Positions 29,250 to 39,325 are shown, counted from the stretch's first letter. The stretch is 64,000 nt of DNA from Candidatus Borrarchaeum weybense (GCA_019057385.1 JAHQJS010000007.1:160001-224000), one strand, 5' to 3'. Numbers and translations are program-made. Notes: a model not told the origin generated them from the sequence alone.

Positions 29250-29972
29250 TCAAAAGAAATAGCATTCCTTTGCTGCTAACATAGATTCTAAAGTTATATC
29301 ATAAACCTCAATAAACTGGCTACATGTGTCTAGATTTGGATCGAAAACAGGATTGAGTTCAATTATTATGTATTGAGCTAGATTTCTTCTATCTAAATTT
29401 ATCAGTTTTCTTTGGTTTACTTCTAAGATGGGAAGGTGCTGTGGAAATCGATACACTCCTGAATCTATACCGTTCATAAGAATGTTGTACTTGTCTTTAT
29501 GGCGTCCTCCAAGATAGGTTCTAGCTTTATCGAGACCTGAAGTACTTTCAAATGTCTTTTCTGCAAAGTACCCCATTAATTGTGAGGGGCTTTGGAAATC
29601 ATTTTCTTCTTCTTCTTGTTCATCAGATATTGCCATAGGATCTATAACAATCGGATTAATCGTATCAAGGAGTGGTATAGGTTTGTCAGGACGTAATTCA
29701 GTCGAATCAAAGATCACTCCAGAAAGTGTTTTGACTTTTCGTATACCTCTTGAAGTGTATCCATATAATACTGAAGGTCCTATAAGACAAGATCGCATAA
29801 ATGTTTCTTCTTCTTGTTCATGGGTAGTAATGAAATTCCAAATTTGTTTAGAGGTTGCCAATATATGTCCTTTAAAATCTACCGATCCCATAGCAATCTG
29901 ATACTGTGGGATATAAAGGTCAAGTAGCCAGAATAAAGTCGGATCTTCGCTGGTTTCTTTGATTTTTATCAC
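29250..29972 (-). CDS. Hypothetical protein
   Basis: 240-aa ORF, GTG start with GAGGTG RBS; no motif recognised. Confidence 0.7.
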   Translation of the reverse strand: MIKIKETSEDPTLFWLLDLYIPQYQIAMGSVDFKGHILATSKQIWNFITTHEQEEETFMRSCLIGPSVLYGYTSRGIRKVKTLSGVIFDSTELRPDKPIPLLDTINPIVIDPMAISDEQEEEENDFQSPSQLMGYFAEKTFESTSGLDKARTYLGGRHKDKYNILMNGIDSGVYRFPQHLPILEVNQRKLINLDRRNLAQYIIIELNPVFDPNLDTCSQFIEVYDITLESMLAAKECYFF

Positions 29973-30636
29973 TAAGACACCTCAAATACGTCGCTACCCT
30001 TAATGTTGGTAGGAATTGAGGGAAATAATTTTTAAATACGTTTTCTGAGATAAATGTAAGTGGTCTCCATTATTCAAAGGGTTAAATTGCGAATTAGAAG
30101 ATTATTAGTGCTGGGATGCGGCAGATACTTTGCTAACTTATGATTTTGAAATGTTAATGAATTTAAAGATACTATTTCCAAGATGCGCGCGTTTTCTTAA
30201 TATTATATCAGTTGTTTGTAGCATATATGCGTTTGTGTAGATATTCGTTAAAATATTCTTTATGTTGTTCTATAAATATTCTCGTAAAACTCTCCACACA
30301 ACTAGTAAAAAACTCGTACTACGATAAGAAGAAAAAGAAATGGATTATAAGTTACTATTATATTCAATTACTCAATTCTATTTATAGGATATAAGATACT
30401 ACTCATTCAAGTTATTAAATTGTTATATTCACCGACATCTCACATCTATGATTTGATACATCTTGATTTGCAGATATCTTGATATATTTTTGATTATCTA
30501 ATGAAAAACTGATATATCGCTTCAGGAACACTTATACTGTGCAAATAATGATTATGGTCTCATTGTTTTCCGGCCAATATCAAATTATTTTGTTTCGTAG
30601 CATTTTCTATTCTTTTAATCTCCTTTTCTGCAACTA

Positions 30637-30674
30637 TTCGAAAAAATTCGAAGCCATGTTCGAGAAATCTAGAA
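30637..30674 (+). promoter_or_regulatory. Candidate tandem operator boxes upstream of 30714
   Basis: TTCGAA-N4-TTCGAA (30637) and TTCGAG-N4-CTAGAA (30659), 22 bp apart, just before an AAAAGGATAAATA BRE/TATA-like element. Confidence 0.4.
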
Positions 30675-30713
30675 CTAAAAGGATAAATATTTAGTTGTGT
30701 TGAAGTATGTCAG

Positions 30714-31694
30714 GTGATAAAAATGAAAATACCGAAAATTGGAAAACGACAAGCACTAAAAGTCATATGTTCAGTGGCATTTCTATTCTTTCTATCACTA
30801 GGATCTATATCTACAGTGTATGCACAAGATGGTGTTCAAGCTCGTCTTGAGACACATGGACCAGTGACTGTTTCAACGGAAGATATCACCGTACGAGTGA
30901 ATCCTGGACCTGTACCGCATTTCTGGTATTGGTCTACTGATGGAAGCCAAGATGACGCGTATCATGTGAAGTTCCAGCATCTAATAGAATACAGCGATGA
31001 CAATGGTGACGAAATGTTTGCTTCAACTGAAACAGAATTAGGTGGTGCTTCATTCTCATTAAGTAGTGGAAAATGGGAATTTAGTGGACTTACAACGGAA
31101 GATGGAGATTCTCTAGAATCTGGTGATACTGCAGACTCTGTAAAATTCAGTTTTACTTTGGTTGGACCAATACGTGGCAAGAAAAATGGAAATAATGGAC
31201 AACAAGGTAATTTAAGTACAACTAAAATCGCGTCAGAGAATTTAGTGGTCGTTTTAACTTGTCATATTAGTGCTGATGAAGGTAACAAGATGAAGATTGA
31301 TGTTTACATCGAAAATTGGAACTTTGTAAGTGAAGATAACAGGTTAGCGGTACGCACTGATTTTACAACAGATAACGGCACACATACGATAGAAGAAGGT
31401 AACGATGGTTATCAGATCGGCGATGCCTTCTTTGCCTACGAAGACTCGGCAACAGCAGATGGACAATCAGTGACTGTAACAGCTAATGCTGAAGAACTAG
31501 AGCAGGCAACAGGTCTAAAGGTATGGTTCAATTACCCCTCGTTTACTGATACTTTAGATCACGATCCAACTATTGGAATTGGTGATTTGTCAGCAGAAAC
31601 TGGTGGACTTGGAGGCTTTTGCTTAGGTACGATAGCGATCATAGTCATTCCGTTTGCTGCTCTCTTTGCAGTTGCAGTTAGAAGACGCCATTAG
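30714..31694 (+). CDS. Secreted, C-terminally anchored acidic beta-rich protein, paralog A
   Basis: Signal peptide ending VYA; KIDVYIENWNF...LDHDPTIG core; C-terminal GGFCLGT + TM + RRRH. Confidence 0.8.
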   Translation: MIKMKIPKIGKRQALKVICSVAFLFFLSLGSISTVYAQDGVQARLETHGPVTVSTEDITVRVNPGPVPHFWYWSTDGSQDDAYHVKFQHLIEYSDDNGDEMFASTETELGGASFSLSSGKWEFSGLTTEDGDSLESGDTADSVKFSFTLVGPIRGKKNGNNGQQGNLSTTKIASENLVVVLTCHISADEGNKMKIDVYIENWNFVSEDNRLAVRTDFTTDNGTHTIEEGNDGYQIGDAFFAYEDSATADGQSVTVTANAEELEQATGLKVWFNYPSFTDTLDHDPTIGIGDLSAETGGLGGFCLGTIAIIVIPFAALFAVAVRRRH

Positions 31695-31797
31695 AACAAC
31701 TACAACAATTATCATCATCATAACCCTCTTTTATTTTTTTATTAAAAGTCATATGGAAAATCTTGTAGAAAAAAATAAATTATTTTAAGACTACTAG

Positions 31798-32880
31798 GTG
31801 ACACAAATGGAACTCTTTAAGCCTGGAAGACTAAGCGTGCGAAAATTGATACTTTCAATAATAATACTTTGCTTTCTGGCACTAGGGCCAATTTCTTCAG
31901 TATATGGACAGAATGGTGTTCAAGCCCGTGTCGAAACTAGTGGACCAGCTATTGTGTCAACAGATGAACTTACCGTACAAGTGAATCCTGGACCTGTGCC
32001 GCATTTCTGGTATTGGTCTACTGATGGAAGCCAGGACGAAGCGTATCATGTGAAGTTACAACACTTGTTAGAATATAGCGATTCCGATTGTGACGATGAA
32101 TTTGATAATAATGAACAGGTATCAGGTGGTGCCTCATTTTCATTAAGTAGTGGCAAATGGGAATTCAGTGGCTTTACAACGGAAGATGGGGATTCTCTAG
32201 AATCTGGTGATACTGCAGACTCAGTAAAATTCAGTTATACTTTAGTTGGACCAATACGTGGCAAGCAAGAAGGACAACCTGATCAGCCTGGACAACAACC
32301 CGAAGAACCTCCTGGGGAATCTCCAGATCAGCCTGGACAACAGCCGGATGAGCCACCTGGACAGCAAGAATCTCCAAATGAAATGAAACTCTCCTCAGAG
32401 AACCTAGTGATCGTCTTAACTTGTCATATCAGTGCTGCTGATGGAAATAAAATGAAGATAGATGTTTATATAGAAAATTGGAACTTTGAGAGCCAAGAGA
32501 ACAGGTTAGCGCTACGTACTGATTTTACTACGGATAATAGTTCAGATATTACTGAAGAAAGTAATAATGGTTACCAGATTGGTAAAGCCTTCTTTGCCTA
32601 TGAAGATTCGGCAACAGCCGATGGGCAGTCTGTTACAGTAGTAGCAAATTCTGAACAAATAGAACAAGCTAAGGGTTTAAAAGTCTGGTTTAACTACCCA
32701 TCGTTTACAGAAACCTTAGATCACGATCCAACCATTGGAATTGGCGATTTAACCGCAGAAATTGCGCTTATTGGTGAAACTGGAACTGAGCTTCTTTCTA
32801 ACTCAACGTTTGGTATTTATGCTACCTTTGTAGTGATTGTCGTAGTAGTTGTCGTTATTTTTATAGATAGAAGAAAGTAA
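31798..32880 (+). CDS. Secreted, C-terminally anchored protein, paralog B, with Pro/Gln insert
   Basis: Long segments nearly identical to paralog A; C-terminal poly-Val TM + RRK. Confidence 0.8.
   Translation: MTQMELFKPGRLSVRKLILSIIILCFLALGPISSVYGQNGVQARVETSGPAIVSTDELTVQVNPGPVPHFWYWSTDGSQDEAYHVKLQHLLEYSDSDCDDEFDNNEQVSGGASFSLSSGKWEFSGFTTEDGDSLESGDTADSVKFSYTLVGPIRGKQEGQPDQPGQQPEEPPGESPDQPGQQPDEPPGQQESPNEMKLSSENLVIVLTCHISAADGNKMKIDVYIENWNFESQENRLALRTDFTTDNSSDITEESNNGYQIGKAFFAYEDSATADGQSVTVVANSEQIEQAKGLKVWFNYPSFTETLDHDPTIGIGDLTAEIALIGETGTELLSNSTFGIYATFVVIVVVVVVIFIDRRK
32278..32361 (+). repeat. 45-bp-period repeat encoding PDQPGQQP(E/D)EPPG twice
   Basis: Units at 32278 and 32323; absent from paralog A. 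Confidence 0.85.
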
Positions 32881-32942
32881 CTTTTTGCCTAAAACCTCAA
32901 TCTATTTATTTTTTATTTATCAGTTTTTAATGAATAATCTGA

Positions 32943-32968
32943 TTTCTATTGAAAAAGTTGAATAGAAA
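32943..32968. promoter_or_regulatory. Inverted repeat upstream of the wHTH regulator (candidate operator)
   Basis: TTTCTATT-N10-AATAGAAA; the same half-site occurs at 30604 upstream of paralog A. Confidence 0.4.
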
Positions 32969-33005
32969 GTAGCAAAAAGGCAGAACAGTTTAAACTGGGA
33001 TTCAG

Positions 33006-33809
33006 ATGAAGAATAGTGACGGTTCAGATGTACATTCAATTTTGAATCATCCAATTCGTCGCAAGATTCTTAGACTCATTGCAGAGAAAGGATATGCCAC
33101 TTTTACAGATTTTAAAAATTCCCTCAACCTTAAGGTAGGAACATTATATTATCATCTGGACAATTTGGGCGACTTTATTTCACAAGATGATCAGAAACGA
33201 TATCTCCTTACTTCCCGTGGCATTGAGGCACTTAAATTAATGGATCGAAGCGAAGACATAACAACTACAGACGAAACAGTGCTTTTGAAAGCTTTTTATG
33301 GTATAGGTCTTAAACCGATTGTCGACTATATTCTAGAAAAACCAAAAGAATTTCTACCTTTTGGTATTTTGATAGTATTTCTTCTATCATATGTTACGTA
33401 TCTTGCAGAACTAAATACGATTTTATTATTTTTCACTGAAAGTTCAGTCTCTTTACTTTCAATGGTATTTATTCTTAGCTTTGTGCGATGGTTTTACATC
33501 TATTTATTCATAGAAATCTTCTGTGGACTTATTTTTAAAAGAAGTATATTTAGTTTAGGAACATTAACGGGAACATTATGGGCACAATTTCCACTTATTT
33601 TTTATGTTCTTCTATGGAGGTTTGGAGGGGTTTATCGAATTGGGAATGATTTCTTTCAATTAATGTTTCAACTCTTTTTCCAAATTTGGCTACTCCTTGT
33701 AATAACATATGTTATTACAAAAAGCAAACAACTCAAGATAGAAAAAGCATTCTTAATTTCAATATTGATTCATTATTTCAATATTGTCATTTTACAATTC
33801 ATTATTTAA
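33006..33809 (+). CDS. ArsR-type winged-helix regulator fused to a multi-pass membrane domain
   Basis: LNHPIRRKIL...TFTDF...GTLYYHL...YLLTSRG followed by about 5 TM segments. Confidence 0.85.
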   Translation: MKNSDGSDVHSILNHPIRRKILRLIAEKGYATFTDFKNSLNLKVGTLYYHLDNLGDFISQDDQKRYLLTSRGIEALKLMDRSEDITTTDETVLLKAFYGIGLKPIVDYILEKPKEFLPFGILIVFLLSYVTYLAELNTILLFFTESSVSLLSMVFILSFVRWFYIYLFIEIFCGLIFKRSIFSLGTLTGTLWAQFPLIFYVLLWRFGGVYRIGNDFFQLMFQLFFQIWLLLVITYVITKSKQLKIEKAFLISILIHYFNIVILQFII

Positions 33810-34050
33810 TTATTGAACCATGGTCATCCTTTTCGTTCTTTTTTTCTTCTTCCTCCTCATTGTCCTCTAATGAGTTACTTATTTGCTGATTTATTATTTC
33901 CATTAGATGTTTATCTAAAACCTCAACTTGCTCCGCATCAAAAAATTCCGTACCACATTTGGGACATCTCCAACAGGGTATCTCTTTTATGCCTTTAAAA
34001 TCAGTCATTGCTTTTTCCAGAATACCCCCACATTCACATTCTTTTTTCAT
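33802..34050 (-). CDS. YgiT-type zinc-finger protein
   Basis: CECGG...IPCWRCPKCGTEFFDAE. Confidence 0.75.
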   Translation of the reverse strand: MKKECECGGILEKAMTDFKGIKEIPCWRCPKCGTEFFDAEQVEVLDKHLMEIINQQISNSLEDNEEEEEKKNEKDDHGSIIK

Positions 34051-34190
34051 GAATTTTCACTACCATGCAAACTTAACAGGGATCTATCTAGTAGAATTGT
34101 TTTTAAATAGACTTGGCGGAAAGTTCCCTTCCGAAAGGTGGGGGATAAGAGCCAAAATCCTTTTATAGTTATAAGAAAATATTTGTAACT

Positions 34191-34619
34191 ATGCGATATA
34201 AGTTAGATAAGTCATCACATTCGGTATATGCACTACAATATCATCTTGTTCAGTGTGTCAAATATAGACGAAATGCATTAGATAGCAAAGAGATTGTAGA
34301 CGTGCTCAAACAAAAGGTATATGAAATAAGCGAAACTTTTGAGGTGGGAGTGCTCAATATAGAATGTGATAAAGATCATTTTCACATGATTTTCAAAAGT
34401 AAACCCACTTTAGACATTCCAAAATATATGAACACCTTAAAAACTATCACATCCCGAGAAATACAACGTAATTTTCCAGCAGTCAAAGAAAAACTCTGGA
34501 AAGGAGCATTCTGGTCAAGATCATATTTTTTAGCTACTACAGGACAGGTAACTTTTGAACTATTGAAGAAATATGTTGACAATCAGGGGATAGATCATGC
34601 AACTAACACAACAGATTAG
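34191..34619 (+). CDS. tnpA: IS200/IS605 Y1 HUH transposase
   Basis: HSVYALQYHLVQCVKYRR, DHFHM (HuH), FWSRSYF and KKYVDNQ (catalytic Tyr). Confidence 0.96.
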   Translation: MRYKLDKSSHSVYALQYHLVQCVKYRRNALDSKEIVDVLKQKVYEISETFEVGVLNIECDKDHFHMIFKSKPTLDIPKYMNTLKTITSREIQRNFPAVKEKLWKGAFWSRSYFLATTGQVTFELLKKYVDNQGIDHATNTTD

Positions 34620-35880
34620 GATTTTTCCCACCTTAGAACAGGAAGAGGTACTCTGGGTACTCTCAGAGAAATGCAGACTTATCTATAATTTCGCGCTTGC
34701 TGAAAGAAGAAATGCTTATAAAAATGGTGTCAAGGGAGTAACCTATCGCAAGCAACAAAACGACCTACCAACAATCAAGGAACAATACCCAGAGTATAAA
34801 TGGGTTTATTCTAAAGTATTGCAATATGTTCTAAAAACGCTTAACGCTGATTATAAATCATTCTTTGCTCTTCGGAAAAATGGGTATCAAGACGCACAAC
34901 TGCCCAAGTTCAAGGGTACACAGTACTTTACCACAATGGTTTACAATCAATCGGGGTTCAAGGTTGAAAAACGGAAAGTGGCCGTATCTCATTTTTATAA
35001 TGATATTCCTTTGGAGTTTGTTGTTCCAGAAAAGTTCTCGTTCATTGAAGATACATGCATCAAACAAGTCTCTATTTTCAGCAAAGATGAGAGATATTTT
35101 GTCGCGATAACCTATGAGGTTGAAGACCCCTCCTATATTGATAACGGTCGGTATCAAGCGATTGACCTCGGTATCACTAACATAGTAACCGCTGTAAATA
35201 CTACTGGAAAGTTCTTAGTGGTGAAAAATAAGCGACCAGATAAGTATTGGCATCCGAGAATCATAAAACTGCAAGCAAGACGAGATAAGTGCATAAAATG
35301 CAGTAATAGATGGAAACATTTTGATAGAATTGTGAAACACTATCAGAAGAAATGCGCAGATCAAACAAAGGATTTCCAGCATAAACTCAGCAAGAAGTTA
35401 GTGGAAAATACCAAAGCACACACCATCATTGTGGGCGATCTTAAAGTTAAAAGTATGGCACACTCAACTAAAGTACCAAAGCACATGAGAAAAGGTCTGA
35501 ATAGAGCTACCCAAAATACTGGATCATTGGGACGGTTCGTACATTTTCTAACCTACAAAGCTAAGAGAGTAGGTAAAAGCACAATAGAATTTGACGAACG
35601 AAATACCTCCAAAGAGTGTTATGTTTGTGGAAAACTCCATGATATGCCGATTTGGAAGCGAATTATGAATTGTGAGTGTGGTAACGTGATAACTAGGGAT
35701 AAAAATAGTTGTGTGGTGCTCATGAAACGTTACCTATCACAGAATGCCAAGTGGACGGGCTATCAAGAATTTCTTGATAATCTGCGATACACAGCCAAAG
35801 GTAAAACGAGAGTACCCAGTCCGAAATTCGGATATGGTTTGGAGGACTCGCAGGAAGCCCCATCCTTCAGGGTGGGGTAG
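34597..35880 (+). CDS. tnpB: RNA-guided nuclease TnpB
   Basis: N-terminal HTH (RIFPT..QE...CRLIYN), RuvC-I AIDLGI, Zn ribbon CYVCG...CECG, RuvC-III RDKNS; ORF reads through the right-end hairpin. Confidence 0.95.
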   Translation: MQLTQQIRIFPTLEQEEVLWVLSEKCRLIYNFALAERRNAYKNGVKGVTYRKQQNDLPTIKEQYPEYKWVYSKVLQYVLKTLNADYKSFFALRKNGYQDAQLPKFKGTQYFTTMVYNQSGFKVEKRKVAVSHFYNDIPLEFVVPEKFSFIEDTCIKQVSIFSKDERYFVAITYEVEDPSYIDNGRYQAIDLGITNIVTAVNTTGKFLVVKNKRPDKYWHPRIIKLQARRDKCIKCSNRWKHFDRIVKHYQKKCADQTKDFQHKLSKKLVENTKAHTIIVGDLKVKSMAHSTKVPKHMRKGLNRATQNTGSLGRFVHFLTYKAKRVGKSTIEFDERNTSKECYVCGKLHDMPIWKRIMNCECGNVITRDKNSCVVLMKRYLSQNAKWTGYQEFLDNLRYTAKGKTRVPSPKFGYGLEDSQEAPSFRVG

Positions 35881-35905
35881 TTCACATAGACTTGGATTAT
35901 AGAGT
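35740..35905 (+). ncRNA. Putative TnpB omega-RNA (scaffold overlapping the tnpB 3' end plus flank-derived guide)
   Basis: Inferred from established IS605 biology. The 3' hairpin and TCAC end are visible; the 5' boundary is a guess. Confidence 0.55.
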
Positions 35906-36063
35906 AGATATCTGAGAACGATGGATAGAAATAACGGTATCCTTTTATGAAAAACTAGAAGTATGAACATCGAACTAGTTCAAAAGAAAATATGATTTCA
36001 ATAAAGATGGGGCATTTACTAATAAGATATGCAACTTTAAAGTAATATTACGGATTTAAATAA

Positions 36064-37056
36064 TTGGTGATGATTTTAATGGATGTTGAGAAAGCAAAAT
36101 TAGTTGAAATGTATCGAAAACTCTTAGAACTTAGAAAATTCGAAGAGAAATGTTGGGATTTGTTCTCACAAAACCTGATTCCAGGTACAATTCATTTATA
36201 CTTAGGTCAAGAGGCAGTTGCAGTTGGTGTGTGCAGCAATCTTAATGAAGATGATTATGTGCAGAGCACCCATAGAGGGCATGGGCATTGCCTTGCTAAA
36301 GGTGCTCAAATGGATAAGATGTTTGCAGAGTTGATGGGCAAAGCGACAGGCTATTGTAAAGGAAAAGGAGGCTCTATGCATATTACTGATGCCAATGTAG
36401 GTCTTCTTGGCGCTTGTGGTGTAGTCGGCTCAGGTATTGTAATGGCACCAGGTGCAGGTCTTTCAGCTAAACTGCGGGGGACAAATCAAGTAGTGGTTTG
36501 TTTCTTTGGAGATGGTGCTTCAAACACTGGCAACTTCCACGAAGGAATTAACATTGCTGCCGCTTGGGATCTTCCTGTTGTTTTTGTATGTGAAAATAAC
36601 CTATATGCCATGGGAACTAAACAAACTGATGTAATGAAAGTCAAGAATATCGCAGATAGAGCTTCTGCATATGGTATTCCAGGCGTTATATGTGACGGAA
36701 ATGATGCTGTTGATGTATATAAAAAAGCATATGAAGCAGTAACACGTGCAAGAGAAGGTAAAGGTCCAACTCTCATTGAATGTAAGACATATCGCCATAG
36801 AGGTCATTCACGATTTGATCAGGGAAAATATCGACCAGAAGAGGAAGTAAACGAGTGGCTAAGGATGGATCCTATAATACGTATGAGAGAGCGCTTAACT
36901 TCAATGGGAATTCTTACTGAAGAGGAAGCAGATGTTATTGTAAACGAAGTTGATGAAGAAATAGAAGTGGCCGCTAAATTTGCCATTGAAAGCCCATTTC
37001 CAGATCCAAAAACTGCATTAGAAGATGTCTGGGTTGAGGAGCGTGAGTCAGAATGA
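36064..37056 (+). CDS. pdhA: 2-oxoacid/acetoin dehydrogenase E1 alpha subunit
   Basis: HLYLGQEA, THRGHGH, GKGGSMH, GDGASN...ENN TPP motif, YRHRGHS. Substrate (pyruvate vs acetoin) not resolved. Confidence 0.93.
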   Translation: MVMILMDVEKAKLVEMYRKLLELRKFEEKCWDLFSQNLIPGTIHLYLGQEAVAVGVCSNLNEDDYVQSTHRGHGHCLAKGAQMDKMFAELMGKATGYCKGKGGSMHITDANVGLLGACGVVGSGIVMAPGAGLSAKLRGTNQVVVCFFGDGASNTGNFHEGINIAAAWDLPVVFVCENNLYAMGTKQTDVMKVKNIADRASAYGIPGVICDGNDAVDVYKKAYEAVTRAREGKGPTLIECKTYRHRGHSRFDQGKYRPEEEVNEWLRMDPIIRMRERLTSMGILTEEEADVIVNEVDEEIEVAAKFAIESPFPDPKTALEDVWVEERESE

Positions 37057-38036
37057 GAGAAATTATGGCGATTGAAGCATTACGAGAAGCATTTAGAGAA
37101 GAAATGCTAAACGATAAGAGAGTTGTACTTATTGGTGAAGACATTGGTAGTAAATGGCATGGTGCATTCAAAGTCACTCAAGGACTCGCAGATGAATTTG
37201 GAGAAGAAAGAGTAAGAGATACACCCATTTCAGAAGCAGCCATAATTGGCACAGCTGTAGGAGCCGCCATGACGGGTCTTAGACCCGTTGCAGAAATTAT
37301 GTTTGGCGATCTGATAGCACTTGCAATGGATGCTATTTGTAATCAAGCGGCAAAAATTCGATATATGTTTGGAGGACAGGTTAAAGTACCTGTCGTTATA
37401 AGAACACCCTTTGGAGGAGGAAAATCTATAGCGGCTCATCATAGTTCCTCATTTGAAGCTTGGTTTATGCATGCCGCAGGATTAAAGGTTGCAATGCCTT
37501 CGACTCCCTACGATTGTAAAGGGTTGCTAAAAACTGCTATAAGAAATGTAGATGATCCAGTTTGCTTTTTTGAACATAAATTATGTTATTTACTTAAAGG
37601 TCATGTCCCAGAAGAAGAATACTTTATTCCATTTGGCGAAGCTGATGTTAAAAGAGAAGGTGATGATGTAACTATAGTTGCTACATTCTTAATGGTACAT
37701 AAATCACTTAAAGTGGCTGAAGAACTAGCCAAAGAGGGCATTAGCGTTGAAGTCATAGATCCAAGGACATTAGTACCTCTTGATATAGAGACCATTGTAA
37801 ATTCGGTAAAAAAGACAGGACGAGTCGTTATCGTTTCTGAAGACATTAAACGTGCTGGAGTCACAGCAGAAATTGCTTCTCAAATAATGGAAGAAGGAGG
37901 ATTCGATTATCTTGATGCTCCTATCAAACGAGTTGCCTCTTTGAACACACCAATTCCATTTTCACCTACGCTTGAAGATTATGTGATTCCCAATGAGAAA
38001 AGGATCACAAAAGCAGTGAAAGAAGTCCTTGCTTGA
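37053..38036 (+). CDS. pdhB: 2-oxoacid/acetoin dehydrogenase E1 beta subunit
   Basis: GEDIG, DTPISEAAI, RPVAEIMFGD and EVIDPRTLVPLD motifs. Confidence 0.95.
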   Translation: MREIMAIEALREAFREEMLNDKRVVLIGEDIGSKWHGAFKVTQGLADEFGEERVRDTPISEAAIIGTAVGAAMTGLRPVAEIMFGDLIALAMDAICNQAAKIRYMFGGQVKVPVVIRTPFGGGKSIAAHHSSSFEAWFMHAAGLKVAMPSTPYDCKGLLKTAIRNVDDPVCFFEHKLCYLLKGHVPEEEYFIPFGEADVKREGDDVTIVATFLMVHKSLKVAEELAKEGISVEVIDPRTLVPLDIETIVNSVKKTGRVVIVSEDIKRAGVTAEIASQIMEEGGFDYLDAPIKRVASLNTPIPFSPTLEDYVIPNEKRITKAVKEVLA

Positions 38037-38071
38037 ATTCCCAAAAGAACTCATCTTAAAGAGGGATTTAA

Positions 38072-39295
38072 ATGGTGACTAAAGTAGTGATTACAAAAAT
38101 GTCAATGGTTATGGAAGAAGCCACAATTGTAGAATGGCTTAAGAATGAAGGCGATACTGTAGAGAAAGGCGAGCCTATTGTTGAAATTTTAACAGAAAAA
38201 GAAACTGTTGAATTAGAAGCACCAGCGTCTGGTGTTTTGTTAAAGATTCTAGCTGAAGAAGCAATGGAACTTCCTGTAGATGCAGTAATTGCATTAATAG
38301 GTGATCCTAATGAACCTCTTCCCGACCTTGAATCACTAGTTACTGCCTTGCCTCAAGAAGCGAGTGTAGTTGAAATAGAATCTGCAACAGAGACGCCTCC
38401 ATCCTTGAAGCCCGAGTTTGCACATCAGGAGGCCATTACATCCACTGACCTCGTTGAAGAATACACAAAACGAATCATTGCATCACCCCGAGCAAAAAAA
38501 TTCGCTACTGAACGTGGAATAGATCTAAATTATATCACAGGTACAGGACCCGGAGGACGCATAGTTGAGCGGGATGTTGAGGCATTTTTGAGCCTAATGG
38601 TTTCAGAAGGACCTAAAATAAAGGAAGAACGGAAATTTTTCGGCATTCAGAAAATGACTGCTAAAAAAGTCACTGAAAGTTATCAGACAATCCCTCAGTT
38701 GACACACGTGATGGAAATAGATGTGACAAACATAATGAACTATCGCACTAAACTTACTGAAGAAAAGGGTATGAAAATTTCTTATACAGCGTTTTTAGTG
38801 AAAGCTGTCGCTGAATCTTTAGTAAAGCATCCTATCCTTAACTCCACCCTTTCTGGAGACATAATTAAGATTTACGAAGATGTCAATATCGGTGTGGCTA
38901 TAGCGACCCAAGATGGGTTAGTAGTTCCTGTCGTCCATAAGGCTAGCACTAAGCCAATTGAATCAATTTCAACTGAAATCAAAAGTCTGATTAAAAAAGC
39001 AAGAGAGAAAAAACTTCGTTCAAATGACTTTATGCAACGTACGTTTACAGTCTCAAATCTAGGAATGTATGGTATTGAGTTTTTCACAGCTATAATAAAT
39101 CCTCCAGAAGCAGCTATTCTAAGCGTTGGAAGAATGGCTGAAAAACCGGTTGTGATTAATGGAGGTATTCATATTCGTTCAATGATGTATCTAAGCCTCA
39201 CCTATGACCATAGAATCATAGATGGTGCACCAGCTGCCGCATTCTTACAAACTTTGCGTGAGTTATTGGAAAACCCTAATGAAGTGGCTTGGTAG
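38072..39295 (+). CDS. pdhC: Dihydrolipoamide acyltransferase E2
   Basis: Lipoyl domain (TEK), E3-binding ASPRAKK...GTGPGGRI, catalytic YDHRIIDG. Confidence 0.95.
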   Translation: MVTKVVITKMSMVMEEATIVEWLKNEGDTVEKGEPIVEILTEKETVELEAPASGVLLKILAEEAMELPVDAVIALIGDPNEPLPDLESLVTALPQEASVVEIESATETPPSLKPEFAHQEAITSTDLVEEYTKRIIASPRAKKFATERGIDLNYITGTGPGGRIVERDVEAFLSLMVSEGPKIKEERKFFGIQKMTAKKVTESYQTIPQLTHVMEIDVTNIMNYRTKLTEEKGMKISYTAFLVKAVAESLVKHPILNSTLSGDIIKIYEDVNIGVAIATQDGLVVPVVHKASTKPIESISTEIKSLIKKAREKKLRSNDFMQRTFTVSNLGMYGIEFFTAIINPPEAAILSVGRMAEKPVVINGGIHIRSMMYLSLTYDHRIIDGAPAAAFLQTLRELLENPNEVAW

Positions 39296-39325
39296 TTACG
39301 CAAAATCCTTGCATCTTTTTAATTT

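Larger units (their letters stand above)
34107..35885 (+). mobile_element. IS200/IS605 family element (IS605 group, tnpA + tnpB)
   Basis: Left-end hairpin TTCCCTTCC-GAAA-GGTGGGGGA inside a TTGGC/GCCAA basal stem, downstream of TTTAA; right-end GAAG guide, hairpin and TCAC end at 35885. The exact left boundary is uncertain by a few nt. Confidence 0.9.
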
